DNA of 64,000 nt from Dehalococcoidia bacterium (GCA_050011565.1 JBEKIW010000006.1:1-64000), one strand, 5' to 3'. Positions 38,450-49,014 are shown, counted from the stretch's first letter. The notes: generated from the sequence alone by a model not told the origin. Made by a program: numbers and translations.

Positions 38450-38691
38450 AGCTTCGAAAGACATTTTAGCATCTAGCTTCTTTGCAGTGCAAACGAGAGG
38501 ACATCAATTAAATTCTCAAATATCATCCTCCGTCTGCATGTGGGGCGAACTCAACCTGACGTTGACAGCTACCAAGGCAGATGCTAACATCTGAGAAGCT
38601 ATCTCATAGACAAATCTCACTTTGTCCGCATAATGTTCAGACGTAATCGCGCCAATCAAAACTGCCTCTAAGGAAACCTTAAAGTAACCCA

Positions 38692-40467
38692 ATGGATACG
38701 CAAGAGCTAATAGCTTTCATAGACTCAAAGTTCCAGGTCCCCATAGTTGAAGGGGAAGATAAGCTCTGCCCCCTCGATGAAGCCATACGGAGGCATGTCA
38801 AGAAAGGAATGAGCATACATTTCGCCGGGCGTGGCGGAGCTTTATTCTATCAACTGGTAAGGGAATTCTGGGGCAAAAAGCCCGACTTCACAATCATAAA
38901 CAACAGCGTAGCTGCCACTGTAATCTCTTTAATTCAAGGAAGAATGGTAAAGAAAATCATAGCCAGTTTCGCCGGAGATGGTTACCCAACGTCCGGACCA
39001 AATCCTGTCGTTCAGAAAGCCTATTTGTCCGGTGAGGTGGAGTTCGAGAATTGGACGATGCTTACCATCCCACAAAGGCTTCTGGCAGGGGCTATGGGCT
39101 GGGGTTTCACCCCTACCAGGTCACTCGTAGGCAGCTCCATGGAAGAGGATAACAAGGAATCGTTTGCTGTAATTTCCGACCCATTCGACCCGGGGAGAAA
39201 AATCGGACTGATGAAAGAACTAAGGCCCGATATAGCCCTGGTCCACGGCATAGCTGCCGACCGCTGCGGTAATTTAATAATGACCTATCCGCTGGGACCT
39301 GACGTCTTCGGAGCCTGGGGGTCGAAAAACGGAGTGATCGTCAGCGCTGAAAAAATCGTCCCCACAGAATATATACGTAACCACTCACATCTGGTCCGGA
39401 TTCCATCATACATGGTCAAGGCAGTATGTGAGGTGCCTTACGGCGCTCATCCCGGTGGCATGACAAACTGCGGACTGCCCGAATTCGAGCATTACTTCGA
39501 TGACTACGATTTTGTCACTGATGTCAGAAATGCCTCCAGAGACGAGGAAAAATTTCTGAAGTGGATAAAATACTGGATACTCGACTGCAAAGACCACAAT
39601 GAGTACCTTGCCAAAGTCGGTAGAGACAGGCTGCTTTATCTCAAAGGAAAGGCCCATTCGGACTCATGGAAAGCTGAAATAATGGCTGAAATACCTAAGA
39701 TGGATTTTAATAGACAGGCAAATTCCATGGAGACAATGGTGATAACCGCGGCACACGTCACCGCCGAGAAATTCATTACTGGAGGATATAAGACTCTATT
39801 AACCGGTGTCGGACTTTCGAATCTGGCCTCGTGGCTGGCTATTCACAGGCTTAAAGAAACAAGCCACGAGGTGGATTTAATGGCGGAAATAGGTATGTAC
39901 GGCTATTTACCCAGGGCCTCAGACCCAACCATATTCGGCTACTATAATATGCCGACATGTAAAATTTTGAACAATATCGATACAATGCTTGGTGTCTTCG
40001 TCAGCGGCCCCACAAATCAATGTATAGGCGTTTTGGCGGCGGGTCAGGTAGATAAATTCGGAAATGCGAACTCGACATTAATTCCAGGTGTGACCTACCT
40101 CGTCGGCTCGGGAGGAGCCAACGACATAGCTACCAGTAATCGGGAAACTATAGTCGTCATCAACTCGGGCAAATCGAGGCTTGTTGAGAAAGTGCCGTAT
40201 ATTACCTTCCCCGGAAAAAATGTAAAGACACTCGTTACAGATGTCGGCGTCTTCGAGAAGATTGGGGATAAGGAAGCCTTCACGCTGACGTCCTATATTC
40301 CCTCAAAAACAAAACAGAAAGTAGAAGACGCGATATCCGAGATAAGAGAAAAGGTCGGTTGGGAACTCGACATAGCTCCGAACTTAAAGAAAGCCGAGCC
40401 GCCCACTGAAGAGGAAGTAACGCTGCTCAGGCTATTTGACCCCAGAGGGTTTTACATAGGGTCGTAG
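38692..40467 (+). CDS. Family I CoA-transferase with fused alpha and beta subunits (glutaconate CoA-transferase-like)
   Basis: PDIALVH..ADRCGN, PYGAHP, MAEIG, QVDKFGNANST, GSGGANDI, DPRG. Confidence 0.85.
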   Translation: MDTQELIAFIDSKFQVPIVEGEDKLCPLDEAIRRHVKKGMSIHFAGRGGALFYQLVREFWGKKPDFTIINNSVAATVISLIQGRMVKKIIASFAGDGYPTSGPNPVVQKAYLSGEVEFENWTMLTIPQRLLAGAMGWGFTPTRSLVGSSMEEDNKESFAVISDPFDPGRKIGLMKELRPDIALVHGIAADRCGNLIMTYPLGPDVFGAWGSKNGVIVSAEKIVPTEYIRNHSHLVRIPSYMVKAVCEVPYGAHPGGMTNCGLPEFEHYFDDYDFVTDVRNASRDEEKFLKWIKYWILDCKDHNEYLAKVGRDRLLYLKGKAHSDSWKAEIMAEIPKMDFNRQANSMETMVITAAHVTAEKFITGGYKTLLTGVGLSNLASWLAIHRLKETSHEVDLMAEIGMYGYLPRASDPTIFGYYNMPTCKILNNIDTMLGVFVSGPTNQCIGVLAAGQVDKFGNANSTLIPGVTYLVGSGGANDIATSNRETIVVINSGKSRLVEKVPYITFPGKNVKTLVTDVGVFEKIGDKEAFTLTSYIPSKTKQKVEDAISEIREKVGWELDIAPNLKKAEPPTEEEVTLLRLFDPRGFYIGS

Positions 40468-40594
40468 CACTGCTCAGGTAAAAACACCGTCAAAATCCGG
40501 ATATTTCACTCATTTTATACCAGGAATAAGAACGTATCCAGCCACATAGAGTGAGAAGAAAGACTAATTAAAAACAAAGGGGGTAAATGAATAT

Positions 40595-41791
40595 ATGGCA
40601 AAAAGAGTTGGCATTGTGGGTGCGGCCATAACACCTTTTAAAGGCAGATGGTATCAAAAAACGTATTATGAACTGGCCCAGATGGCCACCAGGGAGGCAG
40701 TCGCTGACGCAGCCATTTCTATCAAGGATGTGGATGCCGTTTTTTATGGAATATACAACGACATTTTCGAAAGAGCCTGCATTCCGGAGAGTCCGCTGCA
40801 GGGCATACTGGGCATGCAAAATAAGTTTGGTATTCGCATCTCCAATGGCGGCGCCACAGGTGCTTATACCATATCAGCCGCCCACGCTTACCTGACAGGA
40901 GAAAGGTTTAAAACAGCTCTGGTTCTGGGCGTGGAAAAGGCAACTGATTGCTTTGACTTTTCATCTATGTCAGCAACACCGGAAGTCATTAAGAGTATCG
41001 CCTGGTCAGGTGACAGTTACTTTGAACAAAACATAGGCTGGAGCGCTTCAGACAGCTATGCCGAAATAGTGCTTGGCTATATGGATGAATATCCCGGCAC
41101 ACTGAAACCGGAGGTTACCGCTCAGATATCCGCCTTGCTCAGCCGGATGGCGAAGACTAATCCCTATGCCCAAAGGCAATTCGACCAGGTGACCCCTGAA
41201 GAAGTGATGAACTCAAGATATATAGTCTATCCCTTTAAAGAGCTGGAGATATGCGTCTACAGTGAAGGCGCCGCGGCTTTAATTCTGGCTGAGGAGGAAA
41301 CAGCCAAAGCCATAGCTAAAAATACCGGAAAGCCAATTATCTGGATAACAGGTGTCGGGGAAGCCAACGAACATTCTTTTGCCGGAAAGAATCAGAAGGA
41401 CATGTCTCACATAGTCTCCGATTTCCTGGGCGCTCATCGCGCCTACGACATGGCCGGCATAAAAGACCCGGCAAAAACGGTACAGGTAGTCGAACTTCAT
41501 GATGCCTTCATTCATCAGCTTGAAATCAGTATGGCGGAGTTCGGCCTGGTGCCTTACCAGACTGTCGACTCTCTTATAGAAGACGGACTTATGTTGCCCG
41601 GTGGTAAATATCTGGTAAATCCATGCGGCGGCCTGACTTACTGCGGTCATGCAGTCGGCGCCAGCAACATCATGTCGGCCTGGTCAGCCAGAAAAGAGCT
41701 GACTGAAAGAAATCTTAAAACCGCGTTGATACATGGCACGGGAAGCACTGTGGCACAGTACACGGCCTGTGCCGTATTGGAACATGAATAA
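40595..41791 (+). CDS. Thiolase-fold protein (SCP2/Ltp2-type) lacking the usual nucleophilic Cys
   Basis: SNGGATG, GVEK, SEGAAA, ELHDAF, GHAVGAS. Confidence 0.82.
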   Translation: MAKRVGIVGAAITPFKGRWYQKTYYELAQMATREAVADAAISIKDVDAVFYGIYNDIFERACIPESPLQGILGMQNKFGIRISNGGATGAYTISAAHAYLTGERFKTALVLGVEKATDCFDFSSMSATPEVIKSIAWSGDSYFEQNIGWSASDSYAEIVLGYMDEYPGTLKPEVTAQISALLSRMAKTNPYAQRQFDQVTPEEVMNSRYIVYPFKELEICVYSEGAAALILAEEETAKAIAKNTGKPIIWITGVGEANEHSFAGKNQKDMSHIVSDFLGAHRAYDMAGIKDPAKTVQVVELHDAFIHQLEISMAEFGLVPYQTVDSLIEDGLMLPGGKYLVNPCGGLTYCGHAVGASNIMSAWSARKELTERNLKTALIHGTGSTVAQYTACAVLEHE

Positions 41792-41807
41792 TTGAGGAGG
41801 TGTAAAA

Positions 41808-42815
41808 ATGTCAGAAAAGAAACGGAAGGTTATACCGGACGAGTTCATACCGGAAGTAAGCAGTAGAGTGGTAACCATCGATAATCAAGATTACTTACTA
41901 CAGAACGATGCTATGTTCACCTTCTATCAGCGAAGTGCAGGCGAGCTATCACCCTTCTTTCTGGCTATTAAAAACGAGAGGAAAATCCTTGGCTGTAAAT
42001 GTTCCAAGTGCGGCCTGGTCAGGGTTCCACCGATGATGACCCACTGCCCTGACTGCGAGTTCGCACCAACAAAGCTAGTAGAAGTCGGTCAAGCGGGTAA
42101 GATGAACTCGACCCCACCAATCACCTATTTCGCCACTTCATTGTTTATGGACAAAGCACCCTTTGGTCGTGGGCGGGTCATACTGGAAGGTGCCGATACG
42201 GCTTTGAGCGTTATGCTTTACACCACGACGGGTATACTGGTGCCTGGATTAATCAAGAAAGGCACTCAAGTCAAGGTGGTTTTCAGAGACGAGCGCGTAG
42301 GTCAAATATCAGATATATACTGCGTGCCCGCTTCAGAACTAACTGCAGAGCAAATTGCTAAGAAAGGTCTACTGGAGTCTGAAATAAATTGGGAGGCGCC
42401 GAAAGAACCTAAATTCCCGAAGCCAACGGAAAAGGATACGGCTGATTTCAAACAGTCTATTAAAGAGATGCAAGCTCTGGCAGTAAAAATGAGTCAATCA
42501 AAACGAGCTCGTAGGGCCATCGAAGGCTGGAAACGGAATATCGCTGTTAAGACAAAAGCCGGCGAGTTTGCCATGTATATCGATGACGGTGATTTCAAGA
42601 TTGAAGAAAAGAAAATGGCGTCACCTGATTTCGTTATGGCATGTGAAGACCCAAAAACTCTTCTTGATGGGCTGATGTATAAAGGTGCTATCACCGATTC
42701 GGTCATAATGAAAAAGTTATGGATAAGCAAGAACCTGGAGTTCAACACTATCTTTAAACTGGACAGGTTGGCCCGGTTCCTGGTTATGGAGCAGAAAGAG
42801 AGAAAGCCAAGATAG
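41808..42815 (+). CDS. DUF35/ChsH2-like Zn-ribbon OB-fold protein fused to an SCP2-like domain
   Basis: CSKC...CPDC and OB fold; C-terminal lipid-transfer-like domain. Confidence 0.78.
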   Translation: MSEKKRKVIPDEFIPEVSSRVVTIDNQDYLLQNDAMFTFYQRSAGELSPFFLAIKNERKILGCKCSKCGLVRVPPMMTHCPDCEFAPTKLVEVGQAGKMNSTPPITYFATSLFMDKAPFGRGRVILEGADTALSVMLYTTTGILVPGLIKKGTQVKVVFRDERVGQISDIYCVPASELTAEQIAKKGLLESEINWEAPKEPKFPKPTEKDTADFKQSIKEMQALAVKMSQSKRARRAIEGWKRNIAVKTKAGEFAMYIDDGDFKIEEKKMASPDFVMACEDPKTLLDGLMYKGAITDSVIMKKLWISKNLEFNTIFKLDRLARFLVMEQKERKPR

Positions 42816-42853
42816 CACTTATATACTGCTACTGGGGACCGCCAAAATACCTG

Positions 42854-43417
42854 CTAGTTGAATTGTAAAGTATGTACTATTTCTGAAAATAGCGTTTCGT
42901 CGTATTTTGCCAGCAGTGACGCAGTAGTTACCGCAACTATAATCCACTTGCCGTCTTTCTGTACGCCCAAGGCAAAAGTGTTAGCACTTAAGCCTTGAGC
43001 CTTCCATTTAACCGCAGCTTCAGTAGCTGGAGTACCATCCGCTAGAGTTGTTGCTCGCTCAGCTGTAATATTAATATCGGAGCCCTCAACCATCAGGGTG
43101 GCAGTAAGTGCCTCGGCAAAGGTGGCGCTATCTTGCACGGAAATACTTATTGCAGGAACTCTTTTCGCGGCAGCAGCAAGAAATAGAGTAGTCGCCTCCG
43201 TACTCGTTTGCTCCTTCCAGTCCTTAGGATATTTTACAGAGAAGCCATAATCTGTGCTCACATACTCGGCAGCTTCAAATGTGAGCGCACCTCCGGCTAG
43301 TTGCTCCGGTGGAGTCGTCTCTGTTGTATTCTGGCAGGTACAGGCAGGCAGGGTAAGACCTAGAATGAGCAGCACAAGAATAAACGGCATCACGAACCTG
43401 TGTGTTTTGTTTACCAT
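42854..43417 (-). CDS. Putative lipoprotein (PsbP-like fold)
   Basis: Signal peptide ending LPAC; YGFSVKYPKDW. Confidence 0.7.
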   Translation of the reverse strand: MVNKTHRFVMPFILVLLILGLTLPACTCQNTTETTPPEQLAGGALTFEAAEYVSTDYGFSVKYPKDWKEQTSTEATTLFLAAAAKRVPAISISVQDSATFAEALTATLMVEGSDINITAERATTLADGTPATEAAVKWKAQGLSANTFALGVQKDGKWIIVAVTTASLLAKYDETLFSEIVHTLQFN

Positions 43418-43651
43418 CACGCCTCCTTTAAAATGTCAATCATGACATTATATCGATACATTGTACAGCCTCTGTCAAGCACCCGTATATTTACATGTCG
43501 TAAGAATTGAACAACCGGCTGTTAATATGTTAAGCTTTTGCCTTGAGACACCTTCTCAGATTTCGAGTAGATTGCCTTTTAGCCTAAAGTGATTTGTTTT
43601 CTTTTGTCAGAAAAACCTTCAAATAAACACTAAGATGCAAGGAGGCTGCTT

Positions 43652-45079
43652 ATGTCCGGAATAATCTCTTATGGGGCTTACGTACCGATTTGGCGTCTGA
43701 ATCGGGATGCTATAGGTGCCGCCTGGGGAAGGCCATCTTTCGGCGGCGAGCGAAGCGTGGCTAACAACGACGAAGACACCGTGACAATGGCAGTGGAAGC
43801 GGTGCTGGACTGCCTCGCCGGAATCGACCGCGACAGCATTGATGGCTTATATTTTGCGTCCACTACGGCACCTTTTCAGGAGAAGCAATGTGCCGCGATG
43901 ATAGCAGGAGCCGCCGACTTGAAACCGGATATAATCACGGCCGACTTCGGTAACAGCTTACGAGCCGGGACCTCTGCATTAAGGGCAGCATTGGATGCAG
44001 TGAATAGCGGCTCGGCGGAGAACATAATTGTCACCGCCGCTGACTGTCGCCTCGGCTATCCCCGTTCGGATTATGAACAAAACTTCGGTGATGCCGCAGT
44101 GGCTTTGTTGGTAAGCAAGAAAGGCAAACCAATCGCCAATGTTAAAGCCAGCCACACAATATCTAACGAGATGTACGATGTCTGGAGACTGGATAAGGAC
44201 ACCTTCGTGCAATCCTGGGAAGACCGCTTCATAATCGAGCGTGGCTATATTGAAAACATGTCTAAAGCAATCACCGGTTTAATGAAAAAGCAGAACCTCA
44301 CGCCCGCGTCTATCACTAAAGCAGTGCTTTACGCATCGACCGCCCGAACTCAACAGCAGCTTGCCAGGCAGCTGGGTTTCGACCCGAAAACGCAACTTCA
44401 GGACTTGTTGGCTGCTAATTTAGGTGTCTGCGGCTGCGCCCACACCTTATTACTGATGGTGGCAGCGTTAGAGGAAGCCAAAGGTGGTGATAACCTCCTT
44501 ATCGCCAGTTACGGTGACGGCAGCGATGCCTCTCTTATCGAGGTCACGGCTGAGGTAGACAAAATAAAAACTGGAAGGCGCGGAGTCAAGGGCTTCTTAG
44601 CTTCCCGTCTGGCACTACCGACCTACGAGCGGTACCTCAGCTATCGTGGCATACTGGAACCGCAACCCGGAGAAGCCTTCCGTCTCTTCCCCTCAGCCAG
44701 TGTTAGCTGGCGAGAGCGCAACTGGTCTCTTCGCTTCCACGGCAGCAAATGCAAGAGCTGCGGACTGGTTACATTCCCGATACAGCGGATATGCTACCAG
44801 TGCCAGTCCAAGGATGATTACGAAGAGGTAAGGTTATCGGATAAGAGAGGAAAAGTATTCACCTTCTCTTTGGATAATCTCGCCGGCAGAAGCGACGACC
44901 CGGTAATCCCCCAAATAGTCATCGAGTCCGATCTGGAAAAAGCACGAATATACTCCATAATGACCGACTGCGACCCCAAGCTGATAAAAATAGGCATGCC
45001 CGTAGAAATGACTTTTCGAAGGATTTATGAAGGGGGCGGCATGTATAACTACTTCTGGAAATGTCGACCCGTAAGATAG
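43652..45079 (+). CDS. HMG-CoA synthase-like domain fused to DUF35 Zn-ribbon/OB fold
   Basis: GAYVP, DEDTVTMAVEA, SYGDG; C-terminal CKSC..CYQC and YFWK. Confidence 0.85.
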   Translation: MSGIISYGAYVPIWRLNRDAIGAAWGRPSFGGERSVANNDEDTVTMAVEAVLDCLAGIDRDSIDGLYFASTTAPFQEKQCAAMIAGAADLKPDIITADFGNSLRAGTSALRAALDAVNSGSAENIIVTAADCRLGYPRSDYEQNFGDAAVALLVSKKGKPIANVKASHTISNEMYDVWRLDKDTFVQSWEDRFIIERGYIENMSKAITGLMKKQNLTPASITKAVLYASTARTQQQLARQLGFDPKTQLQDLLAANLGVCGCAHTLLLMVAALEEAKGGDNLLIASYGDGSDASLIEVTAEVDKIKTGRRGVKGFLASRLALPTYERYLSYRGILEPQPGEAFRLFPSASVSWRERNWSLRFHGSKCKSCGLVTFPIQRICYQCQSKDDYEEVRLSDKRGKVFTFSLDNLAGRSDDPVIPQIVIESDLEKARIYSIMTDCDPKLIKIGMPVEMTFRRIYEGGGMYNYFWKCRPVR

Positions 45080-45091
45080 GAGGCAAGAGAA

Positions 45092-46297
45092 ATGGAAAGC
45101 ATTAAAGATAAAGTCGCCATAGTAGGTATGGGGTGCACCAAGTTCGGTGAGCGCTGGGATTCCGGTCTTGACGACCTGGCTATTGAGGCAGCCTATGAAG
45201 CCTATGAAGACGCCGGCATCGCACCCAAGGATATTCAAGCTTGCTGGTTTGGAACGGTAACTGCGCCGGCAACAGGCATAGGAGCTACCCATGCCGCCAA
45301 CTCTTTGAAGCTGCGCATTCCCATGACCCGCGTGGAAAACTGGTGCATTACCGGACATGAGACCTTAAGGAACGCCTGCTTTGGCGTGGCTTCCGGAATG
45401 TACGATGTAGTACTTGCCCTGGGCGTGGAAAAGCTCAAGGATACCGGTTTTCCCGGGCTGGGCACCGGTCGGGGCATGGGACCGGTATGGGAAGCCCGAC
45501 GTACCTCACCCGGCAGCTTTTCACTTATCGCTACCAGATATTTCTATACTTATGGACTAAGCCCGGAGGAAGGCAAGAAAACTATCGGCAAAATAGCCGT
45601 CAAAAACCATAACAACGGCAGCATGTCCCCCAAAGCCCATTTCCGCAACAAGATCACCCTGGAGCAGGTAATGAATGCGCCAATCATCGCCTGGCCTCTG
45701 GGTCTCTTCGATTGCTGCGGTAACAGCGATGGCGCCGCCGCTGCCATACTGGTCCCGGCCAGCCAGGCAAAGAAATTCAGGCCTGACCCGGTTTACATCA
45801 AAGGCCTGGGGCAATCCTTCGACCCGCTGCTGCCACATGCCCGCCCCAATTTCGACTGGATAAACTGGGACGCCCTGCAAAACTCATCCCGTCAGGCTTA
45901 TGAGCAAGCGGGCATACGGAATCCCCGTGAAGAGCTCGATATCGCCGAGGTCCACGACTGCTTCACCATCACCGAGCTTGCTATTTACGAGAACTTCGGC
46001 TTCAGTGCGAAAGGCAAAGCTAAAGAGGACATAGATGCCGGCTTTTTCGAGCTTTCGGGAGGATTGCCGGTAAACGCCGACGGCGGCTTGAAGTGCTTCG
46101 GACACCCGGTAGGCGCCAGCGGCCTGAGAATGACCTACGAAGTCTATAAACAAATACAGGGCAAGGCTCAACTGCCGGAGCGGCAACTGAAGGACGTGAA
46201 ACTGGGTCTGTCACACACTTTCGGCGGCCCGCCACAGGTAAGCGCCGTAGCCATTCTGGGCAGGGATTTGGACAAAAGTAAGGCTAAATCCAGATGA
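45092..46297 (+). CDS. Acetyl-CoA acetyltransferase (SCP2-type thiolase)
   Basis: VENWCITG, SDGAAA, EVHDCF, GHPVGASG. Confidence 0.9.
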   Translation: MESIKDKVAIVGMGCTKFGERWDSGLDDLAIEAAYEAYEDAGIAPKDIQACWFGTVTAPATGIGATHAANSLKLRIPMTRVENWCITGHETLRNACFGVASGMYDVVLALGVEKLKDTGFPGLGTGRGMGPVWEARRTSPGSFSLIATRYFYTYGLSPEEGKKTIGKIAVKNHNNGSMSPKAHFRNKITLEQVMNAPIIAWPLGLFDCCGNSDGAAAAILVPASQAKKFRPDPVYIKGLGQSFDPLLPHARPNFDWINWDALQNSSRQAYEQAGIRNPREELDIAEVHDCFTITELAIYENFGFSAKGKAKEDIDAGFFELSGGLPVNADGGLKCFGHPVGASGLRMTYEVYKQIQGKAQLPERQLKDVKLGLSHTFGGPPQVSAVAILGRDLDKSKAKSR

Positions 46298-46313
46298 GCT
46301 AGCCGGTTTTTTG

Positions 46314-46655
46314 TTATTCTACCTCGATATCTTTTACTCGAAACTCTGTCCCGCTGACAGTCTCTATATCTTCACTCCGGCATTTGGTGCAGAGATAGCG
46401 ATAATCTTTCACAACAAATTGCTCCTGGCACTTCCTGCATCTGCCCACTACCGGAGTTATCTCCAGGTTGAGATAGGCTCCGCTGGCGATGGTATTCTCC
46501 GCCATCAGTCCAAAGTTAAAGACGAGTTGCGCTGGTACAATTCCCCTCAGTTCCCCCGCCACCACGTTGACCCTGGTAATCTTTCGGGCGCCTTCTTTCT
46601 CAGCGGCAGCAACGGCAATATTGACTATATTTCTGGCTATTGCCATCTCATGCAC
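46314..46655 (-). CDS. hypA: Hydrogenase nickel incorporation protein
   Basis: MHE N-terminus; CRKC...CTKC. Confidence 0.95.
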   Translation of the reverse strand: MHEMAIARNIVNIAVAAAEKEGARKITRVNVVAGELRGIVPAQLVFNFGLMAENTIASGAYLNLEITPVVGRCRKCQEQFVVKDYRYLCTKCRSEDIETVSGTEFRVKDIEVE

Positions 46656-47319
46656 GCGTTTTGGTCCCGAACTTCTTTTGGTAATGCTGATTAAGCCATG
46701 ATATCCAATCTGCTATCCCCTCATCGGTCACGCAAGAGATATCGATGATATCTAAATCCGGATGGACCTGACGCGCATTTGCCTTAGCTTCCTTTAAGTT
46801 GAAATTGGTATATTTCAGCAAATCGATTTTGTTTATTAGAAGCAGCGAAGATTCGTGAAACATCAGCGGATACTTAAGCGGCTTCTCATCGCCTTCGGTC
46901 ACGCTGAGCATCATGATCTTGTAATCCTCCCCCAGCTTGAACTCGGCAGGACAGACAAGATTGCCTACGTTCTCAATAATCAAAATGTCAATTTTCTTTA
47001 GGTCAATATGAGGCAGAGCTGAAGCAACCATATTGGCATCGAGATGACAGGCACTGCCTGTGGTCAATTGAACTACAGGAAGCTTATGCTTTTCCAATCG
47101 CTCCGCATCGCGAGAGGTCTCGATGTCACCGGCAATTACACCCAGACGGAGCTTGCCCTTGAGTGCCTCACCTGTTTTCTCCAGCAAGGTTGTCTTACCG
47201 GCTCCCGGTGAGCTCATCAGGTTAAAAACCAGATTCCGATTCTTATTGAAGACATCACTATTGACAGCAGCAATGCGGTCATTGGCTTCAAGAATGTCAG
47301 TCATCACGTTGATTTTCAT
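46648..47319 (-). CDS. hypB: Hydrogenase nickel-insertion GTPase
   Basis: SSPGAGKT, CHLDA, ENVGNLVCP, KPLKYP, NKID. Confidence 0.96.
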   Translation of the reverse strand: MKINVMTDILEANDRIAAVNSDVFNKNRNLVFNLMSSPGAGKTTLLEKTGEALKGKLRLGVIAGDIETSRDAERLEKHKLPVVQLTTGSACHLDANMVASALPHIDLKKIDILIIENVGNLVCPAEFKLGEDYKIMMLSVTEGDEKPLKYPLMFHESSLLLINKIDLLKYTNFNLKEAKANARQVHPDLDIIDISCVTDEGIADWISWLNQHYQKKFGTKTRA

Positions 47320-47385
47320 TTGTCACTCCTCGTGTCATCTGCTTCAGTGTAACATCATGTGCAAACCCGTGCAAAAGCAGCTAAC

Positions 47386-48249
47386 TCAACTTTGCGATTT
47401 ATACTCATAAAACCCCCGCCCGGTCTTCCTGCCCAGGTCTCCGGCCTTAACCTTCATAATCAGGCATCTTGGCGGCCTGAATTGTTCCCGCATTAATTCC
47501 CGGTAGTGTGTAGTGGTGCTGGCTATACCGATATCAAGGCCAACCATATCACGCAGTTCAAAAGGTCCCATCCTGAAATTATAGGCCGACTTTAAAGCCG
47601 TATCTATGTCCTGCGGTTCAGCTATGCCTTCATCGTACATATTTAAGCCCTCGTTGTACCAAATTTGGAGAAGCCTGTTGACAACAAATCCAGGCGAGTC
47701 CTGGCATACGCCTGGCTCTTTGCCCAGCTTTTTGCATAAGTCCACTATTGTATCCCGTGTCTCTTTAGAGGTCTTGTCGTGAACAACGACCTCTATGCCC
47801 CGCATAAGTTGCGCCGGATTGAACCAGTGCATACCAATGAACTTGTCAGGTCGTTTAGTTACCATTGCCATCTCAGTTATGGATTGGGCTGACGTATTAG
47901 AGGCAAATATGGTATCCGGGCGGCACATCTGGTCGAGCTCTTTATACATGTCCTTCTTAATAGTAATGTCTTCAACTATGACCTCGATGACCAAATCGAC
48001 ATCCTTGACTGCTTCTTTCAGATCGGTCATGCCTCTAATCCGGCCCAATATAGCATCGGCTTCAGCTTGAGTTATTCTCTGGCGCTCGACGCCGCCGCTG
48101 AGGAATTTCCGAATTTTGCCTATACCCGATTGCACGAACTCGTCTTTAATATCCCGCAAATTAACTTCGTACCCTGCCTGCGCGCAGACCTGGGCGATTC
48201 CATGCCCCATGACCCCAGCCCCTAGTACTGCAATCTTTTTGATTTCCAT
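47386..48249 (-). CDS. 3-hydroxybutyryl/3-hydroxyacyl-CoA dehydrogenase
   Basis: GAGVMG, SNTS, GMHWFNP, LGRKTGRGFY. Confidence 0.92.
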   Translation of the reverse strand: MEIKKIAVLGAGVMGHGIAQVCAQAGYEVNLRDIKDEFVQSGIGKIRKFLSGGVERQRITQAEADAILGRIRGMTDLKEAVKDVDLVIEVIVEDITIKKDMYKELDQMCRPDTIFASNTSAQSITEMAMVTKRPDKFIGMHWFNPAQLMRGIEVVVHDKTSKETRDTIVDLCKKLGKEPGVCQDSPGFVVNRLLQIWYNEGLNMYDEGIAEPQDIDTALKSAYNFRMGPFELRDMVGLDIGIASTTTHYRELMREQFRPPRCLIMKVKAGDLGRKTGRGFYEYKSQS

Positions 48250-48276
48250 ATTCATACCTCCAACATTTTTCGGATG

Positions 48277-49014
48277 CTAGCTATATAAATGGAATCCTCT
48301 ACCCGTCTTCTTACCCAACCAGCCGGCATCGACCATTCTCCTCAACAAGAAACAAGGCTGATATTTAGGCCCAAGTTGCTGCGCCATTGAGTCCAAGATC
48401 TCGACTACCCTGTCCACGCCCATGTTGTCGGCAAATTCGAACGGCCCCATAGGCCAGTTCACACAGACTTTCATCATGTTATCGATGTCCTCTTTGGTTG
48501 CCAGCTTCGACGAATACATTACAGCCGCCTCGTTGACTATCGAAGCAATCACCCTATCCAGAATGAACCCCGGCGTCTCCTCTAGTGGCACCGCAGTAAT
48601 CCCCACAGTTTCTAGCAACTCCATCACCGCCCGGACAGTCTCATCGGAAGTCTGCAGCCCCTTGACTACCTGAACCAGGTATTTATCCTCGAACGGATTT
48701 TTGGTGAAGTTTATACCGACAACTTTATCCTGCCTTTTGGTCCCCCCGGCTAACTGCGTCACCCACGGATTCGATGTTGTCGTGGCCAGTATCGTCTCTT
48801 TACGGCATTTGGCCTCACAGCTCTTGAATATTTTCTTCTTGGCAGCCAAATCTTCAGGAGCTACCTCAAGGACTAAATCAGACTCGCCCACCTGCTTGGC
48901 ATAGTCCTCCTTCAAGTTAGCTATAAAGACCTTTAAGTTCGCTTTACTTAGAAGCTCTTTGAGCTTGTCCGCCAGTTCCCCCTCTCCGATAACGCTGACC
49001 GTACTTATTTTCAT
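48277..49014 (-). CDS. Degenerate 3-hydroxyacyl-CoA dehydrogenase-like protein
   Basis: C-domain conserved (PMGPFE, LGKKTGRGF); Rossmann motif altered (GEGELA) and catalytic His replaced (GINFTKNP). Confidence 0.8.
   Translation of the reverse strand: MKISTVSVIGEGELADKLKELLSKANLKVFIANLKEDYAKQVGESDLVLEVAPEDLAAKKKIFKSCEAKCRKETILATTTSNPWVTQLAGGTKRQDKVVGINFTKNPFEDKYLVQVVKGLQTSDETVRAVMELLETVGITAVPLEETPGFILDRVIASIVNEAAVMYSSKLATKEDIDNMMKVCVNWPMGPFEFADNMGVDRVVEILDSMAQQLGPKYQPCFLLRRMVDAGWLGKKTGRGFHLYS

Noticed and set aside
38465-38691. FMN riboswitch upstream of the dcd-rib operon
   Set aside because: None of the conserved RFN segments is recognisable on the minus strand.
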